Shown: positions 19,986-29,953 of the stretch, piece by piece | How the letters are laid out: every line of letters starts with the position of its first letter | Numbering within the stretch: the first letter of the stretch is position 1 | Assembly: GCA_965230945.1 (NCBI GenBank) | Contig: OZ246397.1 | Coordinates: 175,701-239,700 of the forward strand | DNA length: 64,000 nt | DNA from: an uncultured Gammaproteobacteria bacterium | GTDB taxonomy: Bacteria > Patescibacteriota > Microgenomatia > PFEM01 > JAPLYW01 | Direction of reading: 5' to 3' | Position numbers and translations under genes: made by a program | The notes under the pieces: model-generated | What the model saw: the letters and a program-made list of their open reading frames with translations, nothing else | The model's database searches: none | What the model was told of the DNA's origin: nothing

Positions 19986-20660
19986 ATGAAAATAGATATT
20001 CTTACTCTCTTTCCAGAAATGTTTAAAGGACCTTTTTCTGAGTCTATTATTAAAAGGGCTCAAGAAAAAAATCTTGTTAAGATAAAAATTCATAATCTAA
20101 GGAATTGGTCCAAAGACAAGCATAAAACTGTTGACGATCACCCCTTTGGAGGTGGTATAGGGATGATTTTAATGATCGAACCTATCTATAAAGCAATAAA
20201 AGAACTTAGAAAAAAAGATAGTAAGGTAATCCTTCTAACACCTCAAGGAAAGGTCCTTAAACAAAAAACATCCAAAAGACTATCAAAAGAAAAACATCTT
20301 ATCTTCATCTGTGGCCATTATGAAGGGATTGATGAAAGGGTAAAGGAATATCTCGTTGATGAAGAAGTTTCTATTGGTGATTATGTTTTAACTGGTGGAG
20401 AACTGCCAGCGATGGTAGTTATTGATTCAATCGTTAGATTAGTTCCCAAAGTATTAAGTAAAAAAGAGGCTATCGAATCTGAATCTTTTTCTCTTAAAGA
20501 ACTTCTCGAATATCCCCAATACACTCGACCAGCTAATTTTAAAGGCTGGCAAGTACCTGAAATTCTCCTTTCGGGAAATCACAAAAAAATAAAAGACTGG
20601 AGAAAGAAAAAAGCCCTAGAAAAAACAAAAAACAATAGACCAGACTTAATTAAAAAGTAG
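19986..20660 (+). CDS. trmD: tRNA (guanine-N1)-methyltransferase
   Basis: MKIDILTLFPEMF, VDDHPFGGG, CGHYEGIDER, SIGDYVLTGGE, LLEYPQYTRP. Confidence 0.97.
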   Translation: MKIDILTLFPEMFKGPFSESIIKRAQEKNLVKIKIHNLRNWSKDKHKTVDDHPFGGGIGMILMIEPIYKAIKELRKKDSKVILLTPQGKVLKQKTSKRLSKEKHLIFICGHYEGIDERVKEYLVDEEVSIGDYVLTGGELPAMVVIDSIVRLVPKVLSKKEAIESESFSLKELLEYPQYTRPANFKGWQVPEILLSGNHKKIKDWRKKKALEKTKNNRPDLIKK

Positions 20661-20674
20661 TTTAATTAATTAAA

Positions 20675-21181
20675 CTAGGTATGTCTGTCGGCAACTACAA
20701 AGGCTCCGTAAGATTCTGGCTTTGTTTTAGCAGCAAATCCGTTCCCATTGACCATACCTACAACTTCTTTAATCATTTCCCTGGTTGGACCAACATCACC
20801 AACATCAATGTGAATTTCTAGCTTATATCTTTCGCCATTCAATCTCTTGGTAAATCCGGGAACTAATTTTTCAGCCATTCTTATAGAAAGCCATGTTTCC
20901 GTATAAATCTTGTCTCTTAAACTACCGATTTTGTCAATCTTGTTTTTTTGCCAGAAATAACAACCGCCTTTTCCTTTTCGATACAAAACCACCGCCGTTA
21001 TAAAATTAATTTTCTCTTTGGCATCGGGTTTACCTGACTTAGAATCTGTCCCAATAATTAAGCTATAGAAGTAGTCTTTTTCCTCTCTCATAAAAGTCAC
21101 TAAACTATCTACCATCTCATCGATGTTTAATTTACCTTTAGTTGGACTTATAAAAGAATCCTTTAACATAAACTCTGGCAA
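20675..21181 (-). CDS. RNase H-like YkuK (DUF458) family protein
   Basis: IIGTDS, EIHIDVG, KPESYGAFVVADRH motifs. Confidence 0.8.
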   Translation of the reverse strand: MPEFMLKDSFISPTKGKLNIDEMVDSLVTFMREEKDYFYSLIIGTDSKSGKPDAKEKINFITAVVLYRKGKGGCYFWQKNKIDKIGSLRDKIYTETWLSIRMAEKLVPGFTKRLNGERYKLEIHIDVGDVGPTREMIKEVVGMVNGNGFAAKTKPESYGAFVVADRHT

Positions 21182-21226
21182 GTTACTGTCCTATTATACC
21201 ATTAAAGAGAGCCAAAAGAGAAGTTG

Positions 21227-21475
21227 TTAACTTCTTAATAAAAGAAAGATGACAATTACACAGGCAATAGCAGCCACAATTACGTATTCCCAAATAATAC
21301 GCCAATGGAAATCCTTCTTTATAAGATGATAGGTAAGTCCCCAAATCACATAGGCAATCCCCAATCCGATGGTAATAAAAACCTGAATTTGACGATTAAA
21401 ATTAAAAATCCAAAAAAGGCCAAAACCAATTGAGAGAAAAGCTAATAATGATAAATAATGTTTCAAATCTTTCAT
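21227..21475 (-). CDS. Small membrane protein
   Basis: 82 aa, three hydrophobic segments, coupled to the upstream gene. Confidence 0.65.
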   Translation of the reverse strand: MKDLKHYLSLLAFLSIGFGLFWIFNFNRQIQVFITIGLGIAYVIWGLTYHLIKKDFHWRIIWEYVIVAAIACVIVIFLLLRS

Positions 21476-21476
21476 A

Positions 21477-22445
21477 TTAAAGTATGGCTCCCGGTGTTGT
21501 TAAAATAGCTGATAATAACAAAGCACCAATAAAAATTAAATGAGCTAAATTTTTACCAGATAAACGAACTATTCTCCTTCGATAAACTAAAACCACATCA
21601 AGCAATAAAGCGCCTAGGATAAGCCCCAATAAAAAGATGGCAATAGTTTTGGTTAACATAAAAGGTGAAAACAAAGGAGGACTACTGACTTCTCCTCTGC
21701 TTTGGGCTAAAGCCACCCTTGATAAAGAAGTTGTTTGCCCCACAGTTTGTTGCTCAGGTTCTCTTTGGGTTTCTTGCGTCTCAGCTATCATCTTTGCCGA
21801 TGGTGTAGGCGTAGCTGCAGGTATTAAACTAGCTGTTTGTTGAGAGGGAACGGTTTGTTTTTGAGCTGTAGCTGCAGGAGTGGGCGTACCAAATAATTCA
21901 ACTACCAAAGTAGTCTCTACTCCATTTAAAGTCCCATTAACTACCGATAAGCCGATTTCTTTGTAATTTCCATTTAGAAGGTTATCTCTGTGTGTAGGCG
22001 AATTCATCCAAGCCTCAACGACTGAATCTGAATTCATAAAATCTTTGGCTAAATTTTCGCCAGCATAAAGGTAGTGATAACCAACTTCTTTAAAAAAAGA
22101 CCAGGGACTTCTGCCTGAAGGAGAAATATGAGCCCAATAGTCAAAAGCAAACATATCACCAGCTTTCCTCTGGGCCGCCTCATTAAGCTGGTTATTAATC
22201 ACTAAAGGAGACAAGCCATCTTCAGCCCGTTTTTGATTGGTAAGCTCAATTACTCTTTCTGGGGTAATGTTAGAGGCAAAGCCTAAAACGGAGGGAGAAA
22301 CTAAAAGATAAAAATTTAAGGCAAACTGTCCAAACAAAAAAAGAACTACTATTAAAGATAATACTGAAGGGTGAAGAATTCTAGCCCGACAGTTATTAGT
22401 ATGGTGAGGAATAAAAAGATGCCTCAACCAACCGGTCAAGTTCAT
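21477..22445 (-). CDS. CAP (SCP) domain membrane protein
   Basis: LTNQKR...L...AAQRKAGDM...YWAH, AGENLA, AWMNSPTHRDNLL. Confidence 0.88.
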   Translation of the reverse strand: MNLTGWLRHLFIPHHTNNCRARILHPSVLSLIVVLFLFGQFALNFYLLVSPSVLGFASNITPERVIELTNQKRAEDGLSPLVINNQLNEAAQRKAGDMFAFDYWAHISPSGRSPWSFFKEVGYHYLYAGENLAKDFMNSDSVVEAWMNSPTHRDNLLNGNYKEIGLSVVNGTLNGVETTLVVELFGTPTPAATAQKQTVPSQQTASLIPAATPTPSAKMIAETQETQREPEQQTVGQTTSLSRVALAQSRGEVSSPPLFSPFMLTKTIAIFLLGLILGALLLDVVLVYRRRIVRLSGKNLAHLIFIGALLLSAILTTPGAIL

Positions 22446-22645
22446 ATTATTTTATTGTAGGCTTAATTGAAAGATGAAGTCAAGAGAATTAGCTTAGATT
22501 AAGGCTCTATTTCTTTTTCTTCTCCTTAATTCTCTCGACAACTACCAATTTTAAAGTTTTAAGGCGGTGCAGAAACCTGGCAAGCCGGATTTACTTACAA
22601 CTAAAAAGTCTCTGCATCACCAAAAAACCATCAAAATTTTGACAC

Positions 22646-22670
22646 AAAAAAACCGGACTTATTCCGGCTT
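22646..22670 (-). terminator. Intrinsic terminator after galE
   Basis: Minus strand AAGCCGGAataagTCCGGTTTTTTT: stem-loop plus U-tract. Confidence 0.65.
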
Positions 22671-22716
22671 ATTAATTAAATTAAAAGGGAATCAGAAGGA
22701 TGTGTCAAGTCCTAAA

Positions 22717-23712
22717 TTAAGAAGTGTAGCCATTAGGATGAGACTTATGCCACTTCCAAGCAGACTCAATAATAGTTCTTAAATCAGAATATTTAGACTG
22801 CCAACCCAATTCTTTTTTAATCTTTTCTGCCCTGGCAATCAGCTGGCTAGGATCACCAGCTCTACGAGAACCAAAAGGTGAATTAAAATCAATACCACTT
22901 ATCTTCTTAACCATCTTAACCACTTCTAAAACAGAAAAACCTTTACCAGCACCAACATTATAAGCATTAAAGCCATTCTTTCCTTTATCAAAAGATTTCA
23001 AAGCGGCAATATGAGCTTCAGCTAAATCAAGAACATGAATATAATCCCTAATACATGTTCCATCAGGGGTTTGGTAGTCATTACCGAAAATCTTAAATTC
23101 TTTTCTTTTCCCCAAAGCCGCTTGAATAGCTAAAGGAATCAAATGACTTTCTGGTTGATGATCTTCACCCAATGATCCATCTAAAGCAGCCCCACAGGCA
23201 TTAAAATAACGCAAGGCTGCTGAAGATAAACCGCGACATTGGCCATACCACTTTAAAGCTTTTTCTACCATCAATTTCGACTCACCATAAGGATTAGTTG
23301 GCTCTTTGGGATCCCTCTCATCAATGGGAATTTTCTTAGGCTCTCCATAAACAGCCGCTGTTGAAGAAAGAACGAATTTCATTACTTTGTTCTTCATCAT
23401 CATCTTTAAAATATTTAAACTACCCAAGGTATTGTTTAAAAAATACTTTTGGGGATTTTCCATAGATTCGCCCACCAAACTCCAAGCCGCAAAATGAATT
23501 ACCGCTTGAGGTTTTTCCTCTTTAAAAATCTTATCTAATAAAAGGGTGTCTGTTTTGGAGTCGCCAATATAGAGCTTCGTTACTGGGATAGATTGTTTAT
23601 GTCCAGTGCCTAAATTATCAAAAACAATCGGTTCATAACCCGCCTCTTTTAAGGCTCTAACAGTAATACTGCCAATATAACCGGCACCGCCACTAACAAG
23701 AACTTTTATCAT
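22717..23712 (-). CDS. galE: UDP-glucose 4-epimerase
   Basis: GGAGYIGS, HFAA, YGESK (YxxxK), LRYFNA, DGTCIRDYIHV; start placed at MIKVLV. Confidence 0.95.
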   Translation of the reverse strand: MIKVLVSGGAGYIGSITVRALKEAGYEPIVFDNLGTGHKQSIPVTKLYIGDSKTDTLLLDKIFKEEKPQAVIHFAAWSLVGESMENPQKYFLNNTLGSLNILKMMMKNKVMKFVLSSTAAVYGEPKKIPIDERDPKEPTNPYGESKLMVEKALKWYGQCRGLSSAALRYFNACGAALDGSLGEDHQPESHLIPLAIQAALGKRKEFKIFGNDYQTPDGTCIRDYIHVLDLAEAHIAALKSFDKGKNGFNAYNVGAGKGFSVLEVVKMVKKISGIDFNSPFGSRRAGDPSQLIARAEKIKKELGWQSKYSDLRTIIESAWKWHKSHPNGYTS

Positions 23713-23998
23713 ACTTAGGTGATAATAATTGTCGCTTACCATTAACAGGGATGTCAAGAGCCCAGCCTAAAATATTGGCTACGGAAACCCCCACCCTTAA
23801 ACCAGTAAAAGACCCCGGTCCCAAATTAACTTCGATTTCTTTAATATCCTTAATCGTTTTCTTTTTCTTTTTTAAAACCTTATCAATTAAAACCAATAGC
23901 TTTTGAGATTTATGATCCTTTGTCTCAAACTCATAAATCTGGTCATTTAAACCAACCTTGGTTTTAAAACTATCAGCAGTGTTTATATAAAGTTTCAT
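23693..23998 (-). CDS. tsaB: t6A biosynthesis protein TsaB (short form, N-terminal domain only)
   Basis: LYINT, HKSQKLL, GPGSFTGLRVG; directly follows tsaE. Confidence 0.85.
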   Translation of the reverse strand: MKLYINTADSFKTKVGLNDQIYEFETKDHKSQKLLVLIDKVLKKKKKTIKDIKEIEVNLGPGSFTGLRVGVSVANILGWALDIPVNGKRQLLSPKYDKSSC

Positions 23999-24429
23999 TT
24001 TTCTTTAATAACAATTTTTCTTTTATTAGGCCCTAAATAACTAAAGAAAATATCAATTCTTTTTTTAGGCAACATCTTTTTAATCTTTCCCGCCCACTCG
24101 ACAACGACAATGGCTTTTTTATCAGCAAACATTTCCTGAAGGCCAAGATGCAAAGCTTCCTTTAATTTTTCAATCCGATACAAATCAATGTGATAAAAAT
24201 TGGCCGCTAAATTCTCTTTTTTGAAAATTGGGTATTCTTTAACAAAGACAAAAGTAGGCGAAATAACTCTTCTTTTTACCCCTAAACCCTTAGCCAAACC
24301 TTGTAAAAAAGTGGTCTTGCCACTGCCTAAATCTCCATAAAGAGCTATTATCTTTTTGGGCTTTAACCTATGCCCCATTTCTTCGCCCAAACTTTGAGTT
24401 TCTCTGGCGTTTTTGGTAATAATCTCCAT
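23995..24429 (-). CDS. tsaE: t6A biosynthesis ATPase TsaE
   Basis: GDLGSGKT Walker A, SPTF, HIDLYR, VEWA. Confidence 0.95.
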   Translation of the reverse strand: MEIITKNARETQSLGEEMGHRLKPKKIIALYGDLGSGKTTFLQGLAKGLGVKRRVISPTFVFVKEYPIFKKENLAANFYHIDLYRIEKLKEALHLGLQEMFADKKAIVVVEWAGKIKKMLPKKRIDIFFSYLGPNKRKIVIKEK

Positions 24430-24776
24430 ATAATTAAAAATCCTAAAAAGACTCCCAAGATATCAACGAGTAAGTCTTTTAACTGAAAAACCCGGGTAGG
24501 CACAAATAACTGATGGCTTTCATCAGAAAAACCATATAATGAACCTAGCCAAAAAGGAAGCCAAAAATTCTTTTTTGTTTTCCCAGAATTCAAAGCTCTA
24601 AAAAAAAGACCATATAAAATGGCATAAAACAAGCCATGAATAGAACTTCTAATAATCTCGTCCCAAAATGGATCTTCAGATGCCCTTAAATTTTGGATCG
24701 AAGAAAGATAAAAAATCAAACCACACCATAAAAGCACCGGTAACCAAAGACTAACTATCGACTTTACTTTCTTCAT
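24363..24776 (-). CDS. VanZ-family membrane protein
   Basis: IFYLSS, H..FYAIL, SDESHQLFVPTR, DLLVD. Confidence 0.85.
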   Translation of the reverse strand: MKKVKSIVSLWLPVLLWCGLIFYLSSIQNLRASEDPFWDEIIRSSIHGLFYAILYGLFFRALNSGKTKKNFWLPFWLGSLYGFSDESHQLFVPTRVFQLKDLLVDILGVFLGFLIIWRLLPKTPEKLKVWAKKWGIG

Positions 24777-24782
24777 TAAAAC

Positions 24783-25616
24783 TCAATCTTCTTGGTAATG
24801 TTTTAAATTATACCACACCCAAAAGCCGGCAACTAAAAGTAAAACCAACCCTACCACTAAAAAAACCTTAGGTAAAAAATCTAAAGAACTATCCTCCAAT
24901 TCTTCTTCTAAATCAGCACTTTGTGTTGTTTCCAACGGATAAAAACCACCCGATTCTGAAGATTGGTTGCCTAAAATTTCTCCTGAAAGAGTAGCTGAAA
25001 TACTAACTGCCTTAAGTGTTAGTGTTGGAGTAGTTGTCTTTGGGGTAACTGTCGACGTCGGCGTGGGTGTTTTGGTAGATGTTGGTGTCAGTGGCTTTGA
25101 AGTTGGAGAAGGCGATGGGATAGGAGTTGAAGTCGGGGTTGGGGTAGGAGTTGGGCAAAGATCTTCTTGTGCGCCGTTATTAGAAACCCCTTGTGTGTTA
25201 TCGAGAAAACGCACTATAGACGAGCCACCATCTGGAAACCGACCTATAGACCCACTTCCGGTAGGTGTGCATAACCCACCAGCGCTTCCGTATGGCATTT
25301 CTTCTAACAATTCCTCCTTCTCTCCGACTACTCTTATCAGCTTTACTACATCTCCATCATTGTTTAACCAATTTGAAAAAGTAACCACTTGGAATTCCCT
25401 TGCGCCAAGTTCACCCGATAAGTCTTTTTTATTAGAGCTGGTCGAATCCCCTATCCGAAAGCCTGAAAGCTGAGCCGATACCGTTCCTGTATTATAAATT
25501 TCAACCCAATCAGTGGTTGTTCCAGAAGAAAATTCATTAATTACCATTTCTGCCGAAACTTGCTTAGGAAAAATAAAAAAGAAAATTAAAAATAATAATA
25601 ATTTTTTAGTCATCAA
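24783..25616 (-). CDS. Lamin-tail-domain surface protein with Pro/Thr linker and C-terminal TM anchor
   Basis: Signal peptide; VINEF...DWVEIYN and LNNDGDVVKL; PTPTPT repeats; C-terminal TM. Confidence 0.8.
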   Translation of the reverse strand: MMTKKLLLFLIFFFIFPKQVSAEMVINEFSSGTTTDWVEIYNTGTVSAQLSGFRIGDSTSSNKKDLSGELGAREFQVVTFSNWLNNDGDVVKLIRVVGEKEELLEEMPYGSAGGLCTPTGSGSIGRFPDGGSSIVRFLDNTQGVSNNGAQEDLCPTPTPTPTSTPIPSPSPTSKPLTPTSTKTPTPTSTVTPKTTTPTLTLKAVSISATLSGEILGNQSSESGGFYPLETTQSADLEEELEDSSLDFLPKVFLVVGLVLLLVAGFWVWYNLKHYQED

Positions 25617-25639
25617 AAAAACCGGATTTAATCCGGCTT
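25615..25639 (-). terminator. Intrinsic terminator after the ftsEX-M23 operon
   Basis: Minus strand AAGCCGGAttaaaTCCGGTTTTTTT; near-identical to 22646-22670. Confidence 0.6.
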
Positions 25640-25674
25640 GTCTAACAAGAATAATTTATATTATTTATAACATA

Positions 25675-26901
25675 TTATTGTAAATGTAGATAAAGAGTCA
25701 TTTTCCCGTTGGGATGGAAAACACGAACGTTATTACCCATCGACTCCTGTCCCCTATAAAAGTAAGCCTCTCCTTCCTCGATAGCACGAACTAAAACATT
25801 GGCGCTATCAACCATATCCACTCCATGATGAAAATTATATCCTTTATACATCCAAGAATAAGGTGTATGCCCAAAGCATTGCGTAATCCGAGGATTATTC
25901 AATGGCCAATCTTTAGAACCAGAACCAACAGACCTCATTTGACTCGAAGAAATATCGTCACAAGAATACGAATCAAACAAAACTGTTCGGTTAGATAAAT
26001 AGCTAAAAGGATCTAAAACTCTCGAGTAGTAATCAAAACTGTTCGCTTCTGACTCCTTAATTTCATAAACACCAAAATGCAAATGAGGCCCAGTAGAAAA
26101 ACCAGTGTTACCCATCAGGCCAATAACCTCACCTTTATTCACATGTCTCTTTTCGCTAAACTTGGAATTTAAAAGAGCTTGGAGCTCCTTCTGTGCTTCA
26201 TTTAAAAGAGTTTGATATCTTTTTTCGCTATTTTGTGTTACTTCAAGTAGGGAAGCTCTCTCTTGTCGATGCCGATTCAATAAAGCTCTTTGCAATTCCA
26301 ACTTCTTCTTGGCTATCTCTAATTCCTCCTGCTTTTCTTCCTTGAGAGTTTTTTGTTCATCAAAATTTATTCTGACTGTTTCTAGCTGAACCATTAAATT
26401 CCTGTCGTGTAATTGAACAACCTTCAGATATTTATAACGACTAACAAAATTAGAAAATGAATCCGAAGAAAAAAATAAATTAACAATATTAACCCTGCCT
26501 TTTTTATAAGTAGCCACAATCCTCTCTAATAAAATCTCTGACAGTTTATCTAATGAGATATCCAAACGACCAATCTTATCTGATAAATCAGCTATTTCCT
26601 CTTCTAGTTTTTCAATCTGCTTAGTTGTTTGGAAAACCTGGGCGGAAGTAATAGCGATACTGGCATCTATTTGGGTTAATTCCCGTTTTAAAGACTTCGC
26701 TCTCTGACTTGTTTCACTTTTCAAACCACTCCATAAATCGATACACTCGTTTATATGATCCTTCCAACTAGAATCACATTCGGACTCGGTAATCGCCAAA
26801 GAAACACCAAAGAAACAAGTAATAAAAAGAAAAAAAATAAGAAAGGCAGTAAAAAATTTAAGAAGAAACTTCATTCTATTTAAGATAACGTCTAACGGCA
26901 A
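25675..26901 (-). CDS. Coiled-coil plus M23 peptidase (EnvC/CwlO-like FtsEX partner), M23 domain circularly permuted
   Basis: Signal peptide, long coiled coil, GNTGFSTGPHLHF then HHGVD then TLYLHL at the C-terminus; true start probably MKFLL. Confidence 0.85.
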   Translation of the reverse strand: MPLDVILNRMKFLLKFFTAFLIFFLFITCFFGVSLAITESECDSSWKDHINECIDLWSGLKSETSQRAKSLKRELTQIDASIAITSAQVFQTTKQIEKLEEEIADLSDKIGRLDISLDKLSEILLERIVATYKKGRVNIVNLFFSSDSFSNFVSRYKYLKVVQLHDRNLMVQLETVRINFDEQKTLKEEKQEELEIAKKKLELQRALLNRHRQERASLLEVTQNSEKRYQTLLNEAQKELQALLNSKFSEKRHVNKGEVIGLMGNTGFSTGPHLHFGVYEIKESEANSFDYYSRVLDPFSYLSNRTVLFDSYSCDDISSSQMRSVGSGSKDWPLNNPRITQCFGHTPYSWMYKGYNFHHGVDMVDSANVLVRAIEEGEAYFYRGQESMGNNVRVFHPNGKMTLYLHLQ

Positions 26902-27745
26902 TTAAACTGCCTAAGGAGCCAATGATAATACCAGCTAAAATTTCAAGGCCCAAAATAATTAACATAAAGATCACCGGTACCGGCAAAATGGGAATTCCTG
27001 TTAAGAACTGAACTACAAAGGGAGTGGCATACAAAAGCAAAATGTAAGATGAGCCCCAAGCTATAACTGCCCCGGTAATTCCATATAAAATCCCTTCTAA
27101 AACAAAAGGGGCTCTAATATAAGAATTTGAGGCTCCGATTAATTGCAGAATTTCAATTTCCGATTTCCTAATGGTAATCTTCATGCCAATAATAACCAAA
27201 ATAACCAAAAGGGAGACCAAGCTTAAAACGCTAATCAAGCCGATGCCCACCTTTCTTATGATTCCGGTCCAGCGATACAACGCTTCAACGACGTCTTCTT
27301 GAAAAACCACCTCTTCAACCATACTTTCACTTCTTAATAGAGCCGCCACCTGCTCTATATCAGTAATGTTGGTAATAGATACCTCTAGTGAAGCTGGCAA
27401 AATATTAGCTGTTACCATTTCCAACAGCAAAGGTTCATCCTTATTCTGTTCTTTATAAATCTGTAAAGCTTCTTCTTTAGAAATATATTTAGTCTCCTTA
27501 ACTCTGTTTGTTTGCGCCAATTTAGCCTTAAGATTATCTATTTGCTGGAGGGTAGCTTCATCTTTGAAAAAAGCAGTTACTTGAGGTCGGCTTTCAAAAT
27601 AACGCAAAACAGTCTGCGAACCCCCAGCAGCCAGCACAAAAACCGTGGCCATAAAAAAAGTCAAAAACATAATCAGCACCGCCGCCAAAGACTGATAAGG
27701 CGAGCGTCTGATATGAGTCCAAGCTATTTTAAAATGTTCTTTCAT
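26876..27745 (-). CDS. ftsX: Cell division permease FtsX
   Basis: SKEEAL, NILPASLEV, EIEILQLIGASNSYIRAPFVLEG; follows ftsE. Confidence 0.93.
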   Translation of the reverse strand: MKEHFKIAWTHIRRSPYQSLAAVLIMFLTFFMATVFVLAAGGSQTVLRYFESRPQVTAFFKDEATLQQIDNLKAKLAQTNRVKETKYISKEEALQIYKEQNKDEPLLLEMVTANILPASLEVSITNITDIEQVAALLRSESMVEEVVFQEDVVEALYRWTGIIRKVGIGLISVLSLVSLLVILVIIGMKITIRKSEIEILQLIGASNSYIRAPFVLEGILYGITGAVIAWGSSYILLLYATPFVVQFLTGIPILPVPVIFMLIILGLEILAGIIIGSLGSLIAVRRYLK

Positions 27746-28422
27746 GAAATGTGATATTTTCCTTTCTTTTTATCAGAAACTACTTTACCTTTATCCAATT
27801 CAATAACGCGCTTGTTCATTGAATTAACGATTTCGAAATTATGAGTGGCCATAATAACTATTTTACCTGCTTCGTTAACTTTTTCAAAAATACCAACGAT
27901 TTGTCTGGCAATGCCAATATCAAGATTACCAGTCGGTTCATCGGCAATAAGAATATCAGGATCACCGACTACGGCCCTGGCTAAACAAGCCCGCTGCAAT
28001 TCTCCTCCAGATAACTGAGCCGGAAAAAAATCTCTTTTATCTTTAAGACCTGCCAATTCCAGAATACTACTAACACGTTCTTCAATATCCTCTTCCTTCT
28101 CTTTTAATAGTCTCAAAACTAAACCCACATTTTCAAAAACGGTGCGATCAGGCAACAACTTAAAATCTTGAAAAACAACACCAATAGCCTTTCTGTAGTC
28201 AGGAATTTGTTTTTTGCGAAGATCTTGAAGATTTAAACCATTAACGATAATAGTACCTTCCGTAGGTAAATATTCTCTCAAAATCAGCTTCACTAAAGTG
28301 CTTTTACCGGCCCCGGAAGGCCCAATCACAAAGACAAACTCACCCTTACTTATTTCAAAGCTAACTCGGTCAAGGGCAGTTGTCTCACCAAATTTTTTTG
28401 TGACATTATCTAATTTAAGCAT
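27742..28422 (-). CDS. ftsE: Cell division ABC ATPase FtsE
   Basis: GPSGAGKST, VFQDFKLL, LSGGE, ADEPTGNLD. Confidence 0.95.
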   Translation of the reverse strand: MLKLDNVTKKFGETTALDRVSFEISKGEFVFVIGPSGAGKSTLVKLILREYLPTEGTIIVNGLNLQDLRKKQIPDYRKAIGVVFQDFKLLPDRTVFENVGLVLRLLKEKEEDIEERVSSILELAGLKDKRDFFPAQLSGGELQRACLARAVVGDPDILIADEPTGNLDIGIARQIVGIFEKVNEAGKIVIMATHNFEIVNSMNKRVIELDKGKVVSDKKKGKYHIS

Positions 28423-28425
28423 TAA

Positions 28426-28926
28426 TTAAATTCCCTCAGGACAAGAATCTAAAACTTTTACCCGACCAATATCCATTAACCAACCCACCTTCTCACTGGA
28501 AAAAGTCTCTCCCCAAACCTGTACACATTTACCTGCAAATTGATTCAGATCTAAAACAGAACTCGTCAGATAAGCAGTCTGGCTAGGACCACCAGGACGA
28601 ATTAATTTATGACTTCCCTCCATAACTTCTCCATTATCATTAACCTCAATTTTTCCTTCAGCCGTATCTTTAAAAACTTTTTCATCTTTAATACCCACTT
28701 CCTTAGGACCCTGAATCATCTCAGCACCACCAATTAACTTTTTAGATTCTGTAACTGCAGTACCTCTCTTAGAAAACAAGTAGCCGGTCAAACTACCGAC
28801 ACCAATAATCAAAAGAATAGCCACAACGGGAATAATAACTTCTTTAAGAATTGGCTTCTTTCTCTTATCTGGAAAATCTTGAACTAGGTTGGGTTCCACT
28901 GTTTGTTTTTGCTCTTCCATACTCAC
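28426..28926 (-). CDS. Hypothetical membrane-anchored protein
   Basis: One TM plus a soluble domain; SD (AGGAGG) upstream. Confidence 0.7.
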   Translation of the reverse strand: MSMEEQKQTVEPNLVQDFPDKRKKPILKEVIIPVVAILLIIGVGSLTGYLFSKRGTAVTESKKLIGGAEMIQGPKEVGIKDEKVFKDTAEGKIEVNDNGEVMEGSHKLIRPGGPSQTAYLTSSVLDLNQFAGKCVQVWGETFSSEKVGWLMDIGRVKVLDSCPEGI

Positions 28927-28942
28927 CTCCTTTAGTTATTTT

Positions 28943-29953
28943 TCAGTTTAGCATACTTTTTAACTCGGCTTCAACAAAGCCATCAAGATCACCATCCAAA
29001 ATAGCTTCTGGATTAGAACTTTCAAAACCAGTACGTAAATCCTTTACCATTTTATAAGGATGGAGCACATAAGAACGAATTTGAGTTCCCCAGGCGGCCA
29101 TTTTTTTACCACCTTTTAATTTTTGTTCTTCTGCCTTGCTTTCTTTTCCCTTTAAAGCCCAGAGCTTGGCCCTAAGGAGATCCAAGGCAATCTTTCTATT
29201 TTGCTCTTGGTGTCTTTGCGTCTGACAGGTAACGACAATACCTGTTGGTTTATGAATCAAGCGTACGGCAGTAGAAACTTTCTGTACATTTTGGCCTCCT
29301 TGAGAAGAAGCCCTAAAAAATTGCCATTCGAGATCATCATCTTTAATTTCTATTCCAGGTGGTTCTTTAATCTGGGGTAAAACTTCTACCAAGGCAAAGG
29401 ATGTTTGCCTAAGATTATCAGCATTGAAAGGGGACTGGCGTACCAACCTATGAGTGCCTGCCTCAAGTTTTAGATAACCATATACATAAGGAGCATTAAC
29501 AGCTAAAGTAGTACTTTTGATACCTGCCTCATCACCCATTGTTTCGTCAATAATTTGATATTGCCAACCTTTTTTTTCAAAATATTTAATATACATTCTC
29601 TTCAGCATATCAGCCCAATCCATAGCTTCAATCCCTCCCTGCCCAGCATGAATTGAAAAGATAGCCGCTAAATCATCATACTTGCCGGATAAAAAAGTCT
29701 TTAACTCCAACTCCCCTAACATTTTCTCTAATTCCGACTTCTTGTTTTCTCTTAACAACTCATCCAACTCTTCAATCTCTTCTAAATCTTTTTGTAATTC
29801 CCCTAACTTCTTCATCCTTTCTGTAGCTTTTAGATGATCTTGCCAAAAATCAGGCTGACTTGATTCTTTTTCAATCTCCTTTATCTGCTTAACCAAGCTA
29901 TCAGGATTAATTTTCTTTTTAATAGATTCTATTCTTTTTTTTATCTCTTCCAT
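28943..29953 (-). CDS. prfB: Peptide chain release factor 2
   Basis: SPF recognition motif (RQSPFNA), [13 protein letters not shown]; single uninterrupted frame. Confidence 0.96.
   Translation of the reverse strand: MEEIKKRIESIKKKINPDSLVKQIKEIEKESSQPDFWQDHLKATERMKKLGELQKDLEEIEELDELLRENKKSELEKMLGELELKTFLSGKYDDLAAIFSIHAGQGGIEAMDWADMLKRMYIKYFEKKGWQYQIIDETMGDEAGIKSTTLAVNAPYVYGYLKLEAGTHRLVRQSPFNADNLRQTSFALVEVLPQIKEPPGIEIKDDDLEWQFFRASSQGGQNVQKVSTAVRLIHKPTGIVVTCQTQRHQEQNRKIALDLLRAKLWALKGKESKAEEQKLKGGKKMAAWGTQIRSYVLHPYKMVKDLRTGFESSNPEAILDGDLDGFVEAELKSMLN

Noticed and set aside
24967-25473. 168-aa + strand ORF rich in VGVG
   Set aside because: Antisense shadow of the Pro/Thr linker of 24783..25616.
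22646-25639. Two near-identical CCGGA-N5-TCCGG elements as a mobile repeat
   Set aside because: Both follow minus-strand genes and have U-tracts; intrinsic terminators explain them.
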